DNA of 64,000 nucleotides from a virus, in IMG/VR virus record IMGVR_UViG_3300032431_000004, positions 1-64,000 of that record, one strand, 5' to 3'. Numbering within the stretch: the first letter of the stretch is position 1; every line of letters begins with the position of its first letter. The translations under genes were made by a program, and so were the position numbers. Shown here one piece after another: positions 48,530-58,202 of this stretch. The notes beneath the pieces were generated by a model. The model made no database searches and had not been told where the DNA came from. It saw only the letters and a program-made list of their open reading frames with translations.

Positions 48530-49069
48530 ATGAAATATTTTCTTGACACCGAATTTATTGAAGACGGCACCACTATTGACTTGATCAGCATTGGTCTGGT
48601 GTGTGAGGACGGGCGGGAATTCTACGCCGAAAACTCTAGCGCCGACCTTTCAAAGGCTGGGGAATGGGTGGAAGCGAATGTGTTGCCGTTGCTTTGGTCT
48701 AGAAGCGCAGACAAGGAAAAAGCAAGCCTGTGGAGCCGTGATGGCGTGGCTGGCGGATTGCTGACCCACAAAGAGATAGGCTCGGCAATTCGGCTGTTCA
48801 TACCGGAAGATGACAAGCCTGAGTTTTGGGCTTATTACGCAGACTATGACTGGGTAGCCTTTTGCCAGCTATTCGGAACAATGATGGATTTGCCAGATGG
48901 ATTTCCTATGTACTGTCGCGATATCAAGCAATGGTGCGACCAGCTTGGCAGCCCTGATCTGCCTAAGCAGGATGGGACAGAACACAATGCTCTTGAGGAT
49001 GCCCAGTGGACATTAGAGGCTTGGGAATTCTTGAACGCAATTGACCTAACCCCTAATGTCACTCCTTAA
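48530..49069 (+). CDS. DEDDh 3'-5' exoribonuclease (Rv2179c-like)
   Basis: FLDTEFIEDG.TIDLISIG, YYADYDWV, HNALEDA. Confidence 0.88.
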   Translation: MKYFLDTEFIEDGTTIDLISIGLVCEDGREFYAENSSADLSKAGEWVEANVLPLLWSRSADKEKASLWSRDGVAGGLLTHKEIGSAIRLFIPEDDKPEFWAYYADYDWVAFCQLFGTMMDLPDGFPMYCRDIKQWCDQLGSPDLPKQDGTEHNALEDAQWTLEAWEFLNAIDLTPNVTP

Positions 49070-51113
49070 CCAGCTTGCCCGTAACTGCACAGTATCGATC
49101 GCCTATGCCAACGGCACGGGTAGCCTCAGTGTGACTGCTCAGCTAATCGATCTGGTGGTTAGCAACTCCCACTTAGATGAGAGCGGGCTGATAAAGGTCA
49201 CGGGGAAGCTGACGCTAGCAGGCCGGAGGGTGGTCGGATTCAGTGAAGAGCTAGACCCACGCATAAACCGTAGTCGGTGGCTGCGCGGCAATCGAATCAC
49301 TGTGCAGATAGCTGATAGTACCGGGGCGCTCGTTCCACATCCTAGAGGGGCGCTGCGTATCCTCAAGACACCGCCGCCGCCATCGCTTGACGGTGGCAAC
49401 TTAGAAATCGAAGTAGGTTGCGATCTTACCTACTTTGATAGCCCTGGGTTGCCAGAGAGCAATATTGACGCATCGCCAACCTTCCCTGCTGTCTTGACAC
49501 GGGCGATCGCAATCAATTACCTAGCTGACAAGATTGGCGCGCCATTACTGATTGATAGCATCCCTGAATATCCGCTGGCTTATCTACCGTCTGACCTTGA
49601 CGGCAGCCGCATCGCTCAAATGGGCGGGCTAGCATTTGTAGCCGGTTATGTGCTGTGGATGGATGGCGATCGCGCCTTGAGGGCAACGCGGATAGATGTA
49701 GAGCGATCGCCTGACTATACCTACTCAGCAATATTAGACGCCAGCAGTTTTGAATTTCGGCCTGCCGACGAAACCACGGCAGAAAACGTAACGGTAGTTG
49801 CCCCGATGGCAACGCGAACAATATTTGAGGTAGATCCCCCTCGCACCGACACAACCGAAGAGGGCAACTATAAAGAAACTGTCACGACTTCGATCAATGG
49901 CGACGTCTATTTTGTGGAAAGCAGGAAACAGCTAAAAGATTTATTCCCTACTATTTACCCGAATAATCGGGCAATGGCGATCGCCTCTACCACAACCAGG
50001 TCAGAATCGTATTCAACTGAGATGAGGTTAGACAGTGAAGAGGAGATGACGCGATCGCCCCAGGGCGTAGTACTGCCAACATTATTTCCCGGCAGCACTA
50101 CGCTGATTGATTCTGAACGAACTGTTACAAATTACGAATATCAGAACGGGGCAACCTACAAAATCTCAGTGTTGAGCTATCGCCCTGCTGGGGTAGCATT
50201 CCCATTTGATCCGCTCTACCCGGTGCCGACTGCATTGGTGTTGGTAGAAACGGATGTAAAACGATGGGATGTTTTCCGAGATGGGTATCAGCTGACGCAA
50301 ACTAAATTAGATTTGACTACTCGCAAATCAGAAGCCACTACCGATTACAGCTCAACCGAATACACGCCGCCAGCGCCAAAGTACAAAAAGGCAGATTATG
50401 ACCAAGAAGAAACTCCTACTGCGGGCGGCGCTGAATTTGAGCAGGATGGCGGCACGGATAGCGGGCTAGGGCGATCGCGTGTCTACAGCGTGACAGGCTC
50501 CATCAGCAGCCCTCAGCAGGCCGTAGAGCTAGCCAAAACGTTAGGACAAATCCTCTATGCCAGAGGATACCCCGTGAGTTGGTCAACTGCCATCCCTGAC
50601 ACGATGCTCTCCAGCTATAGCCCTCTGAGGGTGTGGAAGTGGATAGATCCTAACTGCACATCGCGGTATATGGCAGATGGTGACGCATTTGCGATCGCGC
50701 CTGATGAGGCTACATTTGCCGCTGATGGCTTGTTCCTAGGCACTGAGAATACACCGGGGGTTGTTGATCCACCCTATCGGTTCAAGCTAAAAGGGACGCT
50801 GGCGATCGGCTCGTCTTCAGTATTTGACCTGTCAGTGGTAGAGGATGCGTTGCTACTGGGCACCGTGGCGATCGGCTCGTCTTCAGTATTTGATCTGTCG
50901 GTTGTAACAGCTGCCGGGATGTCTGGCGTATTGGCGATCGGCAGCTCTAGCACGTTTGACCTGTCGGTTACGGAACCATCTGTACTGATTGGGTCAATGG
51001 CTTCTGAGACGACAGCAACCTTTGATTTATCTGCTACGCAACCACCTCCGCTACTTGGAGTGATGGCTTCTGAAACGACAGCGACGTTTGACCTGTCTGC
51101 TACGCAACCTTAA
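49056..51113 (+). CDS. Tail hub / minor tail protein with C-terminal repeats
   Basis: Synteny; G.LAIGSSS.FDLSV x3 and MASETTATFDLSATQP x2. Confidence 0.6.
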   Translation: MSLLNQLARNCTVSIAYANGTGSLSVTAQLIDLVVSNSHLDESGLIKVTGKLTLAGRRVVGFSEELDPRINRSRWLRGNRITVQIADSTGALVPHPRGALRILKTPPPPSLDGGNLEIEVGCDLTYFDSPGLPESNIDASPTFPAVLTRAIAINYLADKIGAPLLIDSIPEYPLAYLPSDLDGSRIAQMGGLAFVAGYVLWMDGDRALRATRIDVERSPDYTYSAILDASSFEFRPADETTAENVTVVAPMATRTIFEVDPPRTDTTEEGNYKETVTTSINGDVYFVESRKQLKDLFPTIYPNNRAMAIASTTTRSESYSTEMRLDSEEEMTRSPQGVVLPTLFPGSTTLIDSERTVTNYEYQNGATYKISVLSYRPAGVAFPFDPLYPVPTALVLVETDVKRWDVFRDGYQLTQTKLDLTTRKSEATTDYSSTEYTPPAPKYKKADYDQEETPTAGGAEFEQDGGTDSGLGRSRVYSVTGSISSPQQAVELAKTLGQILYARGYPVSWSTAIPDTMLSSYSPLRVWKWIDPNCTSRYMADGDAFAIAPDEATFAADGLFLGTENTPGVVDPPYRFKLKGTLAIGSSSVFDLSVVEDALLLGTVAIGSSSVFDLSVVTAAGMSGVLAIGSSSTFDLSVTEPSVLIGSMASETTATFDLSATQPPPLLGVMASETTATFDLSATQP

Positions 51114-51130
51114 AGAGGAGTATTGACACA

Positions 51131-51985
51131 ATGCCTAGCTCGATTTCTGGATTTCTCGCAGGTGAATTATTACGTCTAGTTTTCAACAATTTTGGTGGGC
51201 ACGAACCTCTTCCAACTATTTATATTGAGCTTCTGACAGCAGCCCCCAACAACTATTTTTATGGTGGAGGTAGCATACAAGGTTCAAGCCTTAGCAGGCT
51301 AGCGATCGCCAACAATTCAACTAATTTCCCATCAGCCTCAACAATTGGATTGGTAACGCAAAAAGTTAATGGAACCACACTAAGTTTTGGCACGGCTGGC
51401 AGCGCCCTGTCTTTTGTAGGCTTTGGCTTTTATGATTCTGCTACAGGTGGCACATGGCTTGGAGGTGGAAGCTTCACGGTGCCATTAGATTTTGCGTCAG
51501 GAGTAGCTGTGACGATCGCCCCTGGAGGCGTTGCTATTGGCATCAACACCGCTAGCGCAGGGGGCTGCTCAGGCTATGTATGCCGTAGAATGCTAGACCT
51601 AGCTTTTGGAGCTGTAGCCTATACTAAACCGAGTAATTTTGGCGCATATTTCACAACCGCGCCAAACTACGCTACTGGTGCGGGTGGTGTTGAGGCGGCA
51701 GGCGGCGGATATTCCCGTGTCGAAACTACTGGGGCAGGCGGCATCAATGACGGTAATGAACAGATTTTTGCATCTTCATCACTTCCGATTGACTCTAATA
51801 TCATTTTTGCAAATCCCACAGCTGACCAAGGCACAGCAGTAGCGGGTGGAATATTCGATGCTGCTAGCGGAGGGAATCTGTTATGCGGTGGAGATCTTGC
51901 AGTGCCAAGAAACCTAGTTTCAGGATCTACTGGCGTTTTCTTTGAAGTGTATTCAATCCAAGTAAGAATCTTGTCTGTAGATTAA
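51131..51985 (+). CDS. Tail fibre-type protein with two internal repeats
   Basis: LL.LVF...IYIELLTAAP...GFYDSATGG module present twice. Confidence 0.7.
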   Translation: MPSSISGFLAGELLRLVFNNFGGHEPLPTIYIELLTAAPNNYFYGGGSIQGSSLSRLAIANNSTNFPSASTIGLVTQKVNGTTLSFGTAGSALSFVGFGFYDSATGGTWLGGGSFTVPLDFASGVAVTIAPGGVAIGINTASAGGCSGYVCRRMLDLAFGAVAYTKPSNFGAYFTTAPNYATGAGGVEAAGGGYSRVETTGAGGINDGNEQIFASSSLPIDSNIIFANPTADQGTAVAGGIFDAASGGNLLCGGDLAVPRNLVSGSTGVFFEVYSIQVRILSVD

Positions 51986-51994
51986 CCGGAGATA

Positions 51995-52849
51995 TTGACC
52001 ATGCCAAGCGCGATCGCACGTACACTGTCGGGATCTCTTCTAAATCATGTATTTGGGAATACTGCCTACACCCCGCTGGGCACCATTCATGTAGCGGTGC
52101 TGACAACCAGCGCATCCGACTGGACAGTGGGCACCGGGGCAGTGCAGGCAGCTGGCGTTGCTAGAGTTGCGCTCGTCAATAATTTGACCAACTTCCCGGC
52201 AGCGGTAACGGCTGGCACCCTGACCAGCAAAGGTAACGGAATAGCGATCGCATTCGGGAACGCCCCGGCGAACCTAAGCCTAGTTGGATTTGCCCTGTAC
52301 AGCGCGGCTAGTGCAGGGGTATGGCTAGGGGGTGGGACGCTAAATGCACCGCTAGCAGTATCTAGCGGCAGCCCGATTAGGTTTGATGCTGGCACCATGA
52401 CGATCCGAGGGAGTTCAAGTGCGGGCGAACCGAGCGGGTTCCTTTTCCGCAGGCTATTAGATCTTGCTTTTGGTTCTGCCGCTTATGCAGCGCCGGCTAA
52501 TATATTTGGAGCGTATTACACTACCGCACCAAGCAACGCTACAGGCACAGGTGGTATTGAGCCAGGTGTAGGAGCATATGCCAGAGTGAGCAGAGCAAAT
52601 AACACAACCAACTTCCCTAGCGCTACTGGCGGCACTGTGGCCACCAAAACTTGTGCTACTGACATTGCGTTCCCAAATCCAACGGCTCCACAGGGCACCG
52701 CAGTAGCAGGCGGACTGATTGATGCTGCTACTGCGGGGAATCTATTATGGTCAGGAGCTTTGGTTAGCAATCGGGTAGTTAGCACCACCACCACTGAGGT
52801 CAAATTTACTGCAAATACGATCGCACTTAATATCACCCCGGTATCGTAA
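51995..52849 (+). CDS. Tail fibre-type protein, paralog of previous
   Basis: LLNHVFGNTAYT...FPNPTAPQGTAVAGGLIDAATAGNLL. Confidence 0.7.
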   Translation: MTMPSAIARTLSGSLLNHVFGNTAYTPLGTIHVAVLTTSASDWTVGTGAVQAAGVARVALVNNLTNFPAAVTAGTLTSKGNGIAIAFGNAPANLSLVGFALYSAASAGVWLGGGTLNAPLAVSSGSPIRFDAGTMTIRGSSSAGEPSGFLFRRLLDLAFGSAAYAAPANIFGAYYTTAPSNATGTGGIEPGVGAYARVSRANNTTNFPSATGGTVATKTCATDIAFPNPTAPQGTAVAGGLIDAATAGNLLWSGALVSNRVVSTTTTEVKFTANTIALNITPVS

Positions 52850-53112
52850 TGACTGACTTAGCGCGACAACGATTAGAGCAAAGCCGCGCCAATTACTTGG
52901 CAGCTTTCCAGACCAGAGAAGAGCAGCGATTGACTCAACGACAAATCGCGATCGCCTATCAGGGGTTCGATAGGGGTAGTCATAAGGCCAAAACTTTCGA
53001 TGGCGGCACAGTGGAGATTGAACCACTGTTTAACGGCAGCGCTCAAGTCGGTGAACTACTGGCAGGGGTGCGATCGGGTAACAAAATATTAGCCATTGGG
53101 AAGAGTCAATGA
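52849..53112 (+). CDS. Small tail-associated protein
   Basis: N-terminus MTDLARQRLEQSR resembles that of 53347-54477. Confidence 0.55.
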   Translation: MTDLARQRLEQSRANYLAAFQTREEQRLTQRQIAIAYQGFDRGSHKAKTFDGGTVEIEPLFNGSAQVGELLAGVRSGNKILAIGKSQ

Positions 53113-53346
53113 ACGATTTCAGCGGATTAAAGCAAAAACTAATTGACGAGGGGAAGCTGGAAGAGTTTGCAGAAGCTTGCATCCGCTTTTGCTATGCAAC
53201 TCCAGATGGGGAGCCAGTTGCTCACTTGTCCCTTACAGCTATAGATCTAGACCCCCAAGGCAGCATCGAAGCTGCCGAACTGATAACAGCAATCGTATTC
53301 CTGACAAAAGAACAAGTTATTTTGATTGGGCTGAAGGTGCTAGCGC

Positions 53347-54477
53347 ATGACTGATCTCGCACGGCGCAAACTTGACCAAGGGCGCGATCGCTATCTCCAG
53401 CGCCTAGCCAGACAGTCAGCATCTCCGCAGCCGCCATCCTACCTAGGCGCTGGCAATGAGGAGGGCAACCCCCTACTGGCAACACCGGGCGGCACTCCTA
53501 CTCAGTACGGGCGACAGCTATCATCGGGCAGCATTAGGAATGGGGAAGAGGTTGCGGTATTCAGGGGCGATCGCATTAGCCGGACTGTTGGGCGCAATCG
53601 CATTGTGAGGGATGAAGATGAAGACGCCGCGATCGTGCCTACTGAGCTGGCATGGGTGATGTTCTATGAGAATGGGATACCAAGCCCAGCAGGTGTCAGA
53701 TATATCTATGAATTTTATGTAGGAGGCATCTGCCCTACCTTACTAGCATTTGAGATTAACGAATTCCCTCCATTCAGTAGAGAGTTTACCCGTGAACGCT
53801 ACATGGAGTATGCCCTAGCGCTAGAAGATAGGGGGGCAGTTCTAGAGATCCGGCTTGGGCGTTTATACCCGTTTGGATTGCAGCCTGGGGCTAGCCCTCC
53901 TGATCCCGTCCCTAGCGATGCCCTGCCAGAACTTGGTGTTTTTTCAGCCCAAGTGCTTGATCCTAATTCTGATTACTATCGATACGTGAGTAGGAGAGCC
54001 TTTCTGATCACTCGCGATGGGATTGTTACTGAAATCCCTCCAGGCACTAGCGAAGCTATTGGGGCTTGGGAATATGAACGCCGTGAGTATCTTATTAATT
54101 GGCAACCATTAGATCCTACGCCTGTCGCGCTAACTGACTTTTGTGCCCAAAATCTTTTGCAGCCCGGTAGTGAAAACAACTATTACAAAGGGAAGCTGAC
54201 TGTACCAAGGTTTAACCCCCCTGCTCTTGGCGAACAAATAATCTTATCTAGAAGATTCACCAGTAATGCGGTAGAGACTGCGCTTATCACGAATCTCAAT
54301 CCACCGCCTGAGGTCACCATTTACTTATGCGCTGCGAATCTCGAAACCTCTCCAACAGAATGCCAAGCCACGGTTACTCAGGTAAAACCGTTCGTCATTA
54401 CTCGGCCTGACTTCATTCTGAGTTTCTTCGCCGGTGGTCAGTACAGGTTTCTAATATCAGGCAATTTAGCAAGCTGA
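53347..54477 (+). CDS. Putative tail-tip / receptor-binding protein
   Basis: N-terminus MTDLARRKLDQGR; last gene of tail operon. Confidence 0.5.
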   Translation: MTDLARRKLDQGRDRYLQRLARQSASPQPPSYLGAGNEEGNPLLATPGGTPTQYGRQLSSGSIRNGEEVAVFRGDRISRTVGRNRIVRDEDEDAAIVPTELAWVMFYENGIPSPAGVRYIYEFYVGGICPTLLAFEINEFPPFSREFTRERYMEYALALEDRGAVLEIRLGRLYPFGLQPGASPPDPVPSDALPELGVFSAQVLDPNSDYYRYVSRRAFLITRDGIVTEIPPGTSEAIGAWEYERREYLINWQPLDPTPVALTDFCAQNLLQPGSENNYYKGKLTVPRFNPPALGEQIILSRRFTSNAVETALITNLNPPPEVTIYLCAANLETSPTECQATVTQVKPFVITRPDFILSFFAGGQYRFLISGNLAS

Positions 54478-54917
54478 GAAATCGCCCTATCCGCTGGCTT
54501 GACATGCGATCGCACTTGGCATTCCGGCATCGCTAATACCCACTTTCAGCCGATACTCTTCAATTTGCGCTGGCGTGGCTTCACCCAATATGTCTAGTCG
54601 GTTCATGCCGGGGCTGGCAACAATTCCAAATGGGTTGCCGCCTTTGGTGAACTTTGGCGATCGTGCTAGCACGTATACAGAGCAATGGTAGACGGTGCCT
54701 CTCTTGAGCGGTTCAGGGCTTAATGTGATTGCCCGATAGTCATAGTTGTTCCGATCTACCACATATAGCCATTGCCGATAATTGGCAATCTTTAACTTTT
54801 GACCCGACCCGGCAACTGTCAGTAAGGGCATATTGCTTTTGATCGATAGCTACTCCGGCTCAAGAATAGCCTAGGTTGGGGCTGGTAGCGATATTGGGCG
54901 CTGATGGGCGATCGCTT

Positions 54918-56294
54918 TTAGACGTGCCCGACTAGCACTGCATTGACACCTGTAAGCGCTTCCCACCTTTCCAGGATCACGGTGCAATAGAGGTCGCTCA
55001 GCTCAAAGCCGTAGACGGTGCGATCGCCTTCCATCTGTTGAGCTGCGATTAAGCTCATGCCGCTGCCTAGGAATGGGTCAAAGATTAGATCGTCGGGCTT
55101 GCCATATTTCTCAAAGCACCATTCAGCAAGCGCGATCGGCTTTTGGGTTGGGTGAACTCTTTTTTGTCCATGCTCTGAAGCCTTTAAGCAGCCATTCCAC
55201 ATGTGACGAAAGATGCGTACAGACGTGGGCTGGTTTGTCCATGCTAATTCAGCATCGGCAAAGTCCCCAGAGTTTTCTTTGTCCCAAATTAGCCAGCAAC
55301 TAGAGTCTGGCAGTGCGCTTGAAAAGTGATTAGCTCCCCACCAAAACTGGTTAGGCATTGAGCGAAGGAGGTTGAAGGCGGCGATCGCGGTTTTGGTTGA
55401 ATCGTCACCAATGACAGCTGGACGAGGGATGCTTTGGATCGGCTTCTTCGAGAGAGAAGAAGCCGATCCAAAGGGCTTTGCTCTGTCCTTCATTGGGTCA
55501 AACTTCATTCCGTACGGAGGATCAGCCCACACCATCCCCACCGCCCGATCGCCCAGCAACTTCTTAACATTCCCCTCATCAGTCGAATCACCGCAGCAGA
55601 TCCGGTGCCGCCCCAATTGCCAGATCTCACCCAACTTTACGCGACTGGCGATCGCGCCTTCGTCTGCTGCATCTAGCAGGTCTGCGATCGCCTCCTCATC
55701 CTCTTCCTGTGGGATGCCTTCCCCCTCTGCCTCTAACTCTTCATACCTCAGCAGGGCATCTAAGTAATCGCCATCAAAACCAATCGGCAAAGAATCCTCA
55801 TCAGCCAGCCCTTCTAATTGCTTAGAGAAGCCAGAGTCAAACATCTTGGCGATATCGTGGGCGCTGAAATCGCTACCCGCCATGGTCAGAATGTTGTGAG
55901 AAAAGCCAAACGCTTCAGCTTGCTTCTCTGACAATGCATCAACTCCAAACTTCACAGGTACAACCCATTCGCCATCAGCCTTGAGTGTGCCGATCCCTTT
56001 GGGTGGATCTTCACCCTGCTGTCTCATCAACGCTAGTCGGAATAGGAGAGCCTTAGTTCGTCCGTTACCGTAGACAAACCCACCTTCACCGCCATTTAGG
56101 TTGCTATCCCACTTAGCACAATCGGCATACCCATAGGACGCGATTGCTTCATCCAACATCTGAAGGTCATGCAACTTTGCATTATCCTTCCAAAGCTGCA
56201 AGTCGAGATCGAACGCTGGCAAGGGCACGTAGCGGATGTGTAGAACATCGCCATCAACGGCTGAGTGGTTAACTGAAGATTCTAGTATCGACAT
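54918..56294 (-). CDS. N4/N6 DNA methyltransferase (beta class) with ParB-like N-terminus
   Basis: WKDNAKLHD, GNGR; CGDST, ADPPYG, HPTQKP, DPFLGSG. Confidence 0.9.
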   Translation of the reverse strand: MSILESSVNHSAVDGDVLHIRYVPLPAFDLDLQLWKDNAKLHDLQMLDEAIASYGYADCAKWDSNLNGGEGGFVYGNGRTKALLFRLALMRQQGEDPPKGIGTLKADGEWVVPVKFGVDALSEKQAEAFGFSHNILTMAGSDFSAHDIAKMFDSGFSKQLEGLADEDSLPIGFDGDYLDALLRYEELEAEGEGIPQEEDEEAIADLLDAADEGAIASRVKLGEIWQLGRHRICCGDSTDEGNVKKLLGDRAVGMVWADPPYGMKFDPMKDRAKPFGSASSLSKKPIQSIPRPAVIGDDSTKTAIAAFNLLRSMPNQFWWGANHFSSALPDSSCWLIWDKENSGDFADAELAWTNQPTSVRIFRHMWNGCLKASEHGQKRVHPTQKPIALAEWCFEKYGKPDDLIFDPFLGSGMSLIAAQQMEGDRTVYGFELSDLYCTVILERWEALTGVNAVLVGHV

Positions 56295-56373
56295 CTTGGG
56301 GAAATATTTTAGCTAAAGTTTAGCGCGGTTGCCTATACGTTTGGGCTAAACTTTATGCAAACCCTACAACCAT

Positions 56374-56790
56374 ATGGAACCTACTGATATTGACTCAATC
56401 GCGCTTCGAGTTGATGCTCTAGAAAAATCGCAAGATGCGGCAGCCCAAATCGACACACAGCAGCAGGCACTAATTCAAAGTCTCTCTGAGGTGATTGGTC
56501 AGCTAGCTGCTGAAAAGCAGGCCGCAAAAGCGGAAGCTAGTCTTGGTCAGAAGCTAATGGGATCTTTGATTTTTACCATTATATTACTGGGATTTAGCAT
56601 AGATCCCAGTACCACACGCATCAAAAGTGAAGGGGCTGAAGTTGGGCTGCGAGAAGTCCCTTGGGGCGTTTCAGCAGGCTGCTTACTAGCGATCGCAGTA
56701 GTAGTTTTGAACCAAGAACAAACGGATAGAGGGATTGCGGTACTGGCAAGCATCAGAGGTCTAGCGGTCATCCACAAAGGCAACGGCTGA
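56374..56790 (+). CDS. Holin-like membrane protein
   Basis: Two hydrophobic segments; directly upstream of endolysin. Confidence 0.5.
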   Translation: MEPTDIDSIALRVDALEKSQDAAAQIDTQQQALIQSLSEVIGQLAAEKQAAKAEASLGQKLMGSLIFTIILLGFSIDPSTTRIKSEGAEVGLREVPWGVSAGCLLAIAVVVLNQEQTDRGIAVLASIRGLAVIHKGNG

Positions 56791-56806
56791 TTCAGGAAAA
56801 AGGCAA

Positions 56807-57553
56807 ATGGCAACACTCCACATCATAAAGTCAACCTGGTTAAAACAGGCCGCTGTTCAGTCATCAGGGCTGTCAGACGGCAATAAATACGCCGCTAGCG
56901 CAGGTCAGACCTTTGAGCTGGCCAGCTTTGAGTCAATTGAGGATCTGTCAAAAAATGATGGGGACAGCCATGTCAAAATTTTCTTAGCTGAGCCAGTTAA
57001 AGAAAAAAGGACATGGTATGTTTTCCAGCGTGACGTTGCCATCATGGATGGCGATCGCGTTTTGTTCCCGTCGCCTGAAGACGATGAACGTACCGCCAAC
57101 CGTAAGCTGGCGATCGCGCATGACTATTCAGGAATTGTCTTGTGGCTACCCGGTGGGCGAAAGGTTCACTCTGACGAGCCGATTATTAAGTCTGGCAATT
57201 TCTCATGGGGTGAAGCTAGCCACGGCGGCGAGCGCATCCCTAAAGACAAGCAGACGGTAGAACGTATAGTCAAGCTGGCGATCGCGCTTCAGGACGCTAG
57301 GGCGGCTATCGGTAGACCGTTCCGAATTACCTCATGGTATAGACCAGAGCCGTTCAACTCACGGGTGGGCGGGGCATCGCGATCGCAGCATCTAAATGGC
57401 GGTGCCGTAGACATTGTGGTTGAGGGCTACAGTGGCGCTCAACTGGCAAGGAAGATCAAACCATTCTGGCCTGGTGGCGTTGGGATCTATCCCGGTAACC
57501 GTAAACATATTCTGCACTTGGATATCGGAACTAAACGATCTTGGGGAGTCTAA
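56807..57553 (+). CDS. Endolysin, peptidase M15A
   Basis: ITSWYRP..N.RVGGASRSQHL.G.AVDI...LHLD. Confidence 0.9.
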   Translation: MATLHIIKSTWLKQAAVQSSGLSDGNKYAASAGQTFELASFESIEDLSKNDGDSHVKIFLAEPVKEKRTWYVFQRDVAIMDGDRVLFPSPEDDERTANRKLAIAHDYSGIVLWLPGGRKVHSDEPIIKSGNFSWGEASHGGERIPKDKQTVERIVKLAIALQDARAAIGRPFRITSWYRPEPFNSRVGGASRSQHLNGGAVDIVVEGYSGAQLARKIKPFWPGGVGIYPGNRKHILHLDIGTKRSWGV

Positions 57554-57845
57554 AAACAGGCAGTGTCTACGTGACTGACATGCTTTTGGCAACACACTTA
57601 AAGCCTTGGTATATATGGACTAGACACCTGCCGTCGCACTGTCATTGGTTTTTCTGATTTCAAAATAGGAGAGGATTCAGACTTATTAATTCACTGAATT
57701 AAATATTCAGATCTCTTAAGGGTGATCCTAGGCAGCAAACCTAAAACTACTAGATGCCAATGACGGTGCGACGACAGGTGTCTAACGCATACTCAGTACA
57801 GGTTTGAGTATGTTGCCAAAAGTATGTCAGTCAACATGACACTGC
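57551..57845 (+). repeat. Dispersed ~300-bp inverted-arm element, full copy E7
   Basis: Begins at the endolysin TAA: TAAAAACAGGCAGTGTCTACGTGAC...GTCAACATGACACTGC. Confidence 0.9.
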
Positions 57846-57866
57846 ACTAATTCAGGGGGTTTCTAA

Positions 57867-58202
57867 GTGGATCAACTACTTTGCCATTTTTGGGGCGACT
57901 TCATGACCCAGACATCTTGGATGGCGCTGACAAAATACGAGCGAGGGCTTAGGGGTTGGTTACCAGCGATCGCCCACGGCATTATTTACACCTGTTGGTT
58001 CCTACTTTTAACTCAGGACGTGCGATCGCTTTTAATCATCGGGGTGACTCATATCGTGATTGATCACTACCGGGTTGCTGGATGGTGGGCGCGGCTGATC
58101 AACTGGGAATGGGTCAGCCCTCAGCCCGTCATCCCCCTTTGGTGCATGGTCGTAATTGACCAAACGATGCATTTAACGATCAACTATCTGGCGCTGAGAT
58201 AA
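57867..58202 (+). CDS. DUF3307 membrane protein
   Basis: H..GDF..Q..WMA..K, H...Y, H..ID, DQ..H. Confidence 0.8.
   Translation: MDQLLCHFWGDFMTQTSWMALTKYERGLRGWLPAIAHGIIYTCWFLLLTQDVRSLLIIGVTHIVIDHYRVAGWWARLINWEWVSPQPVIPLWCMVVIDQTMHLTINYLALR

Noticed and set aside
50780-52849. Diversity-generating retroelement or invertible fibre cassette
   Set aside because: Repeats are in-frame protein repeats without adenine-specific differences; no reverse transcriptase or invertase seen.
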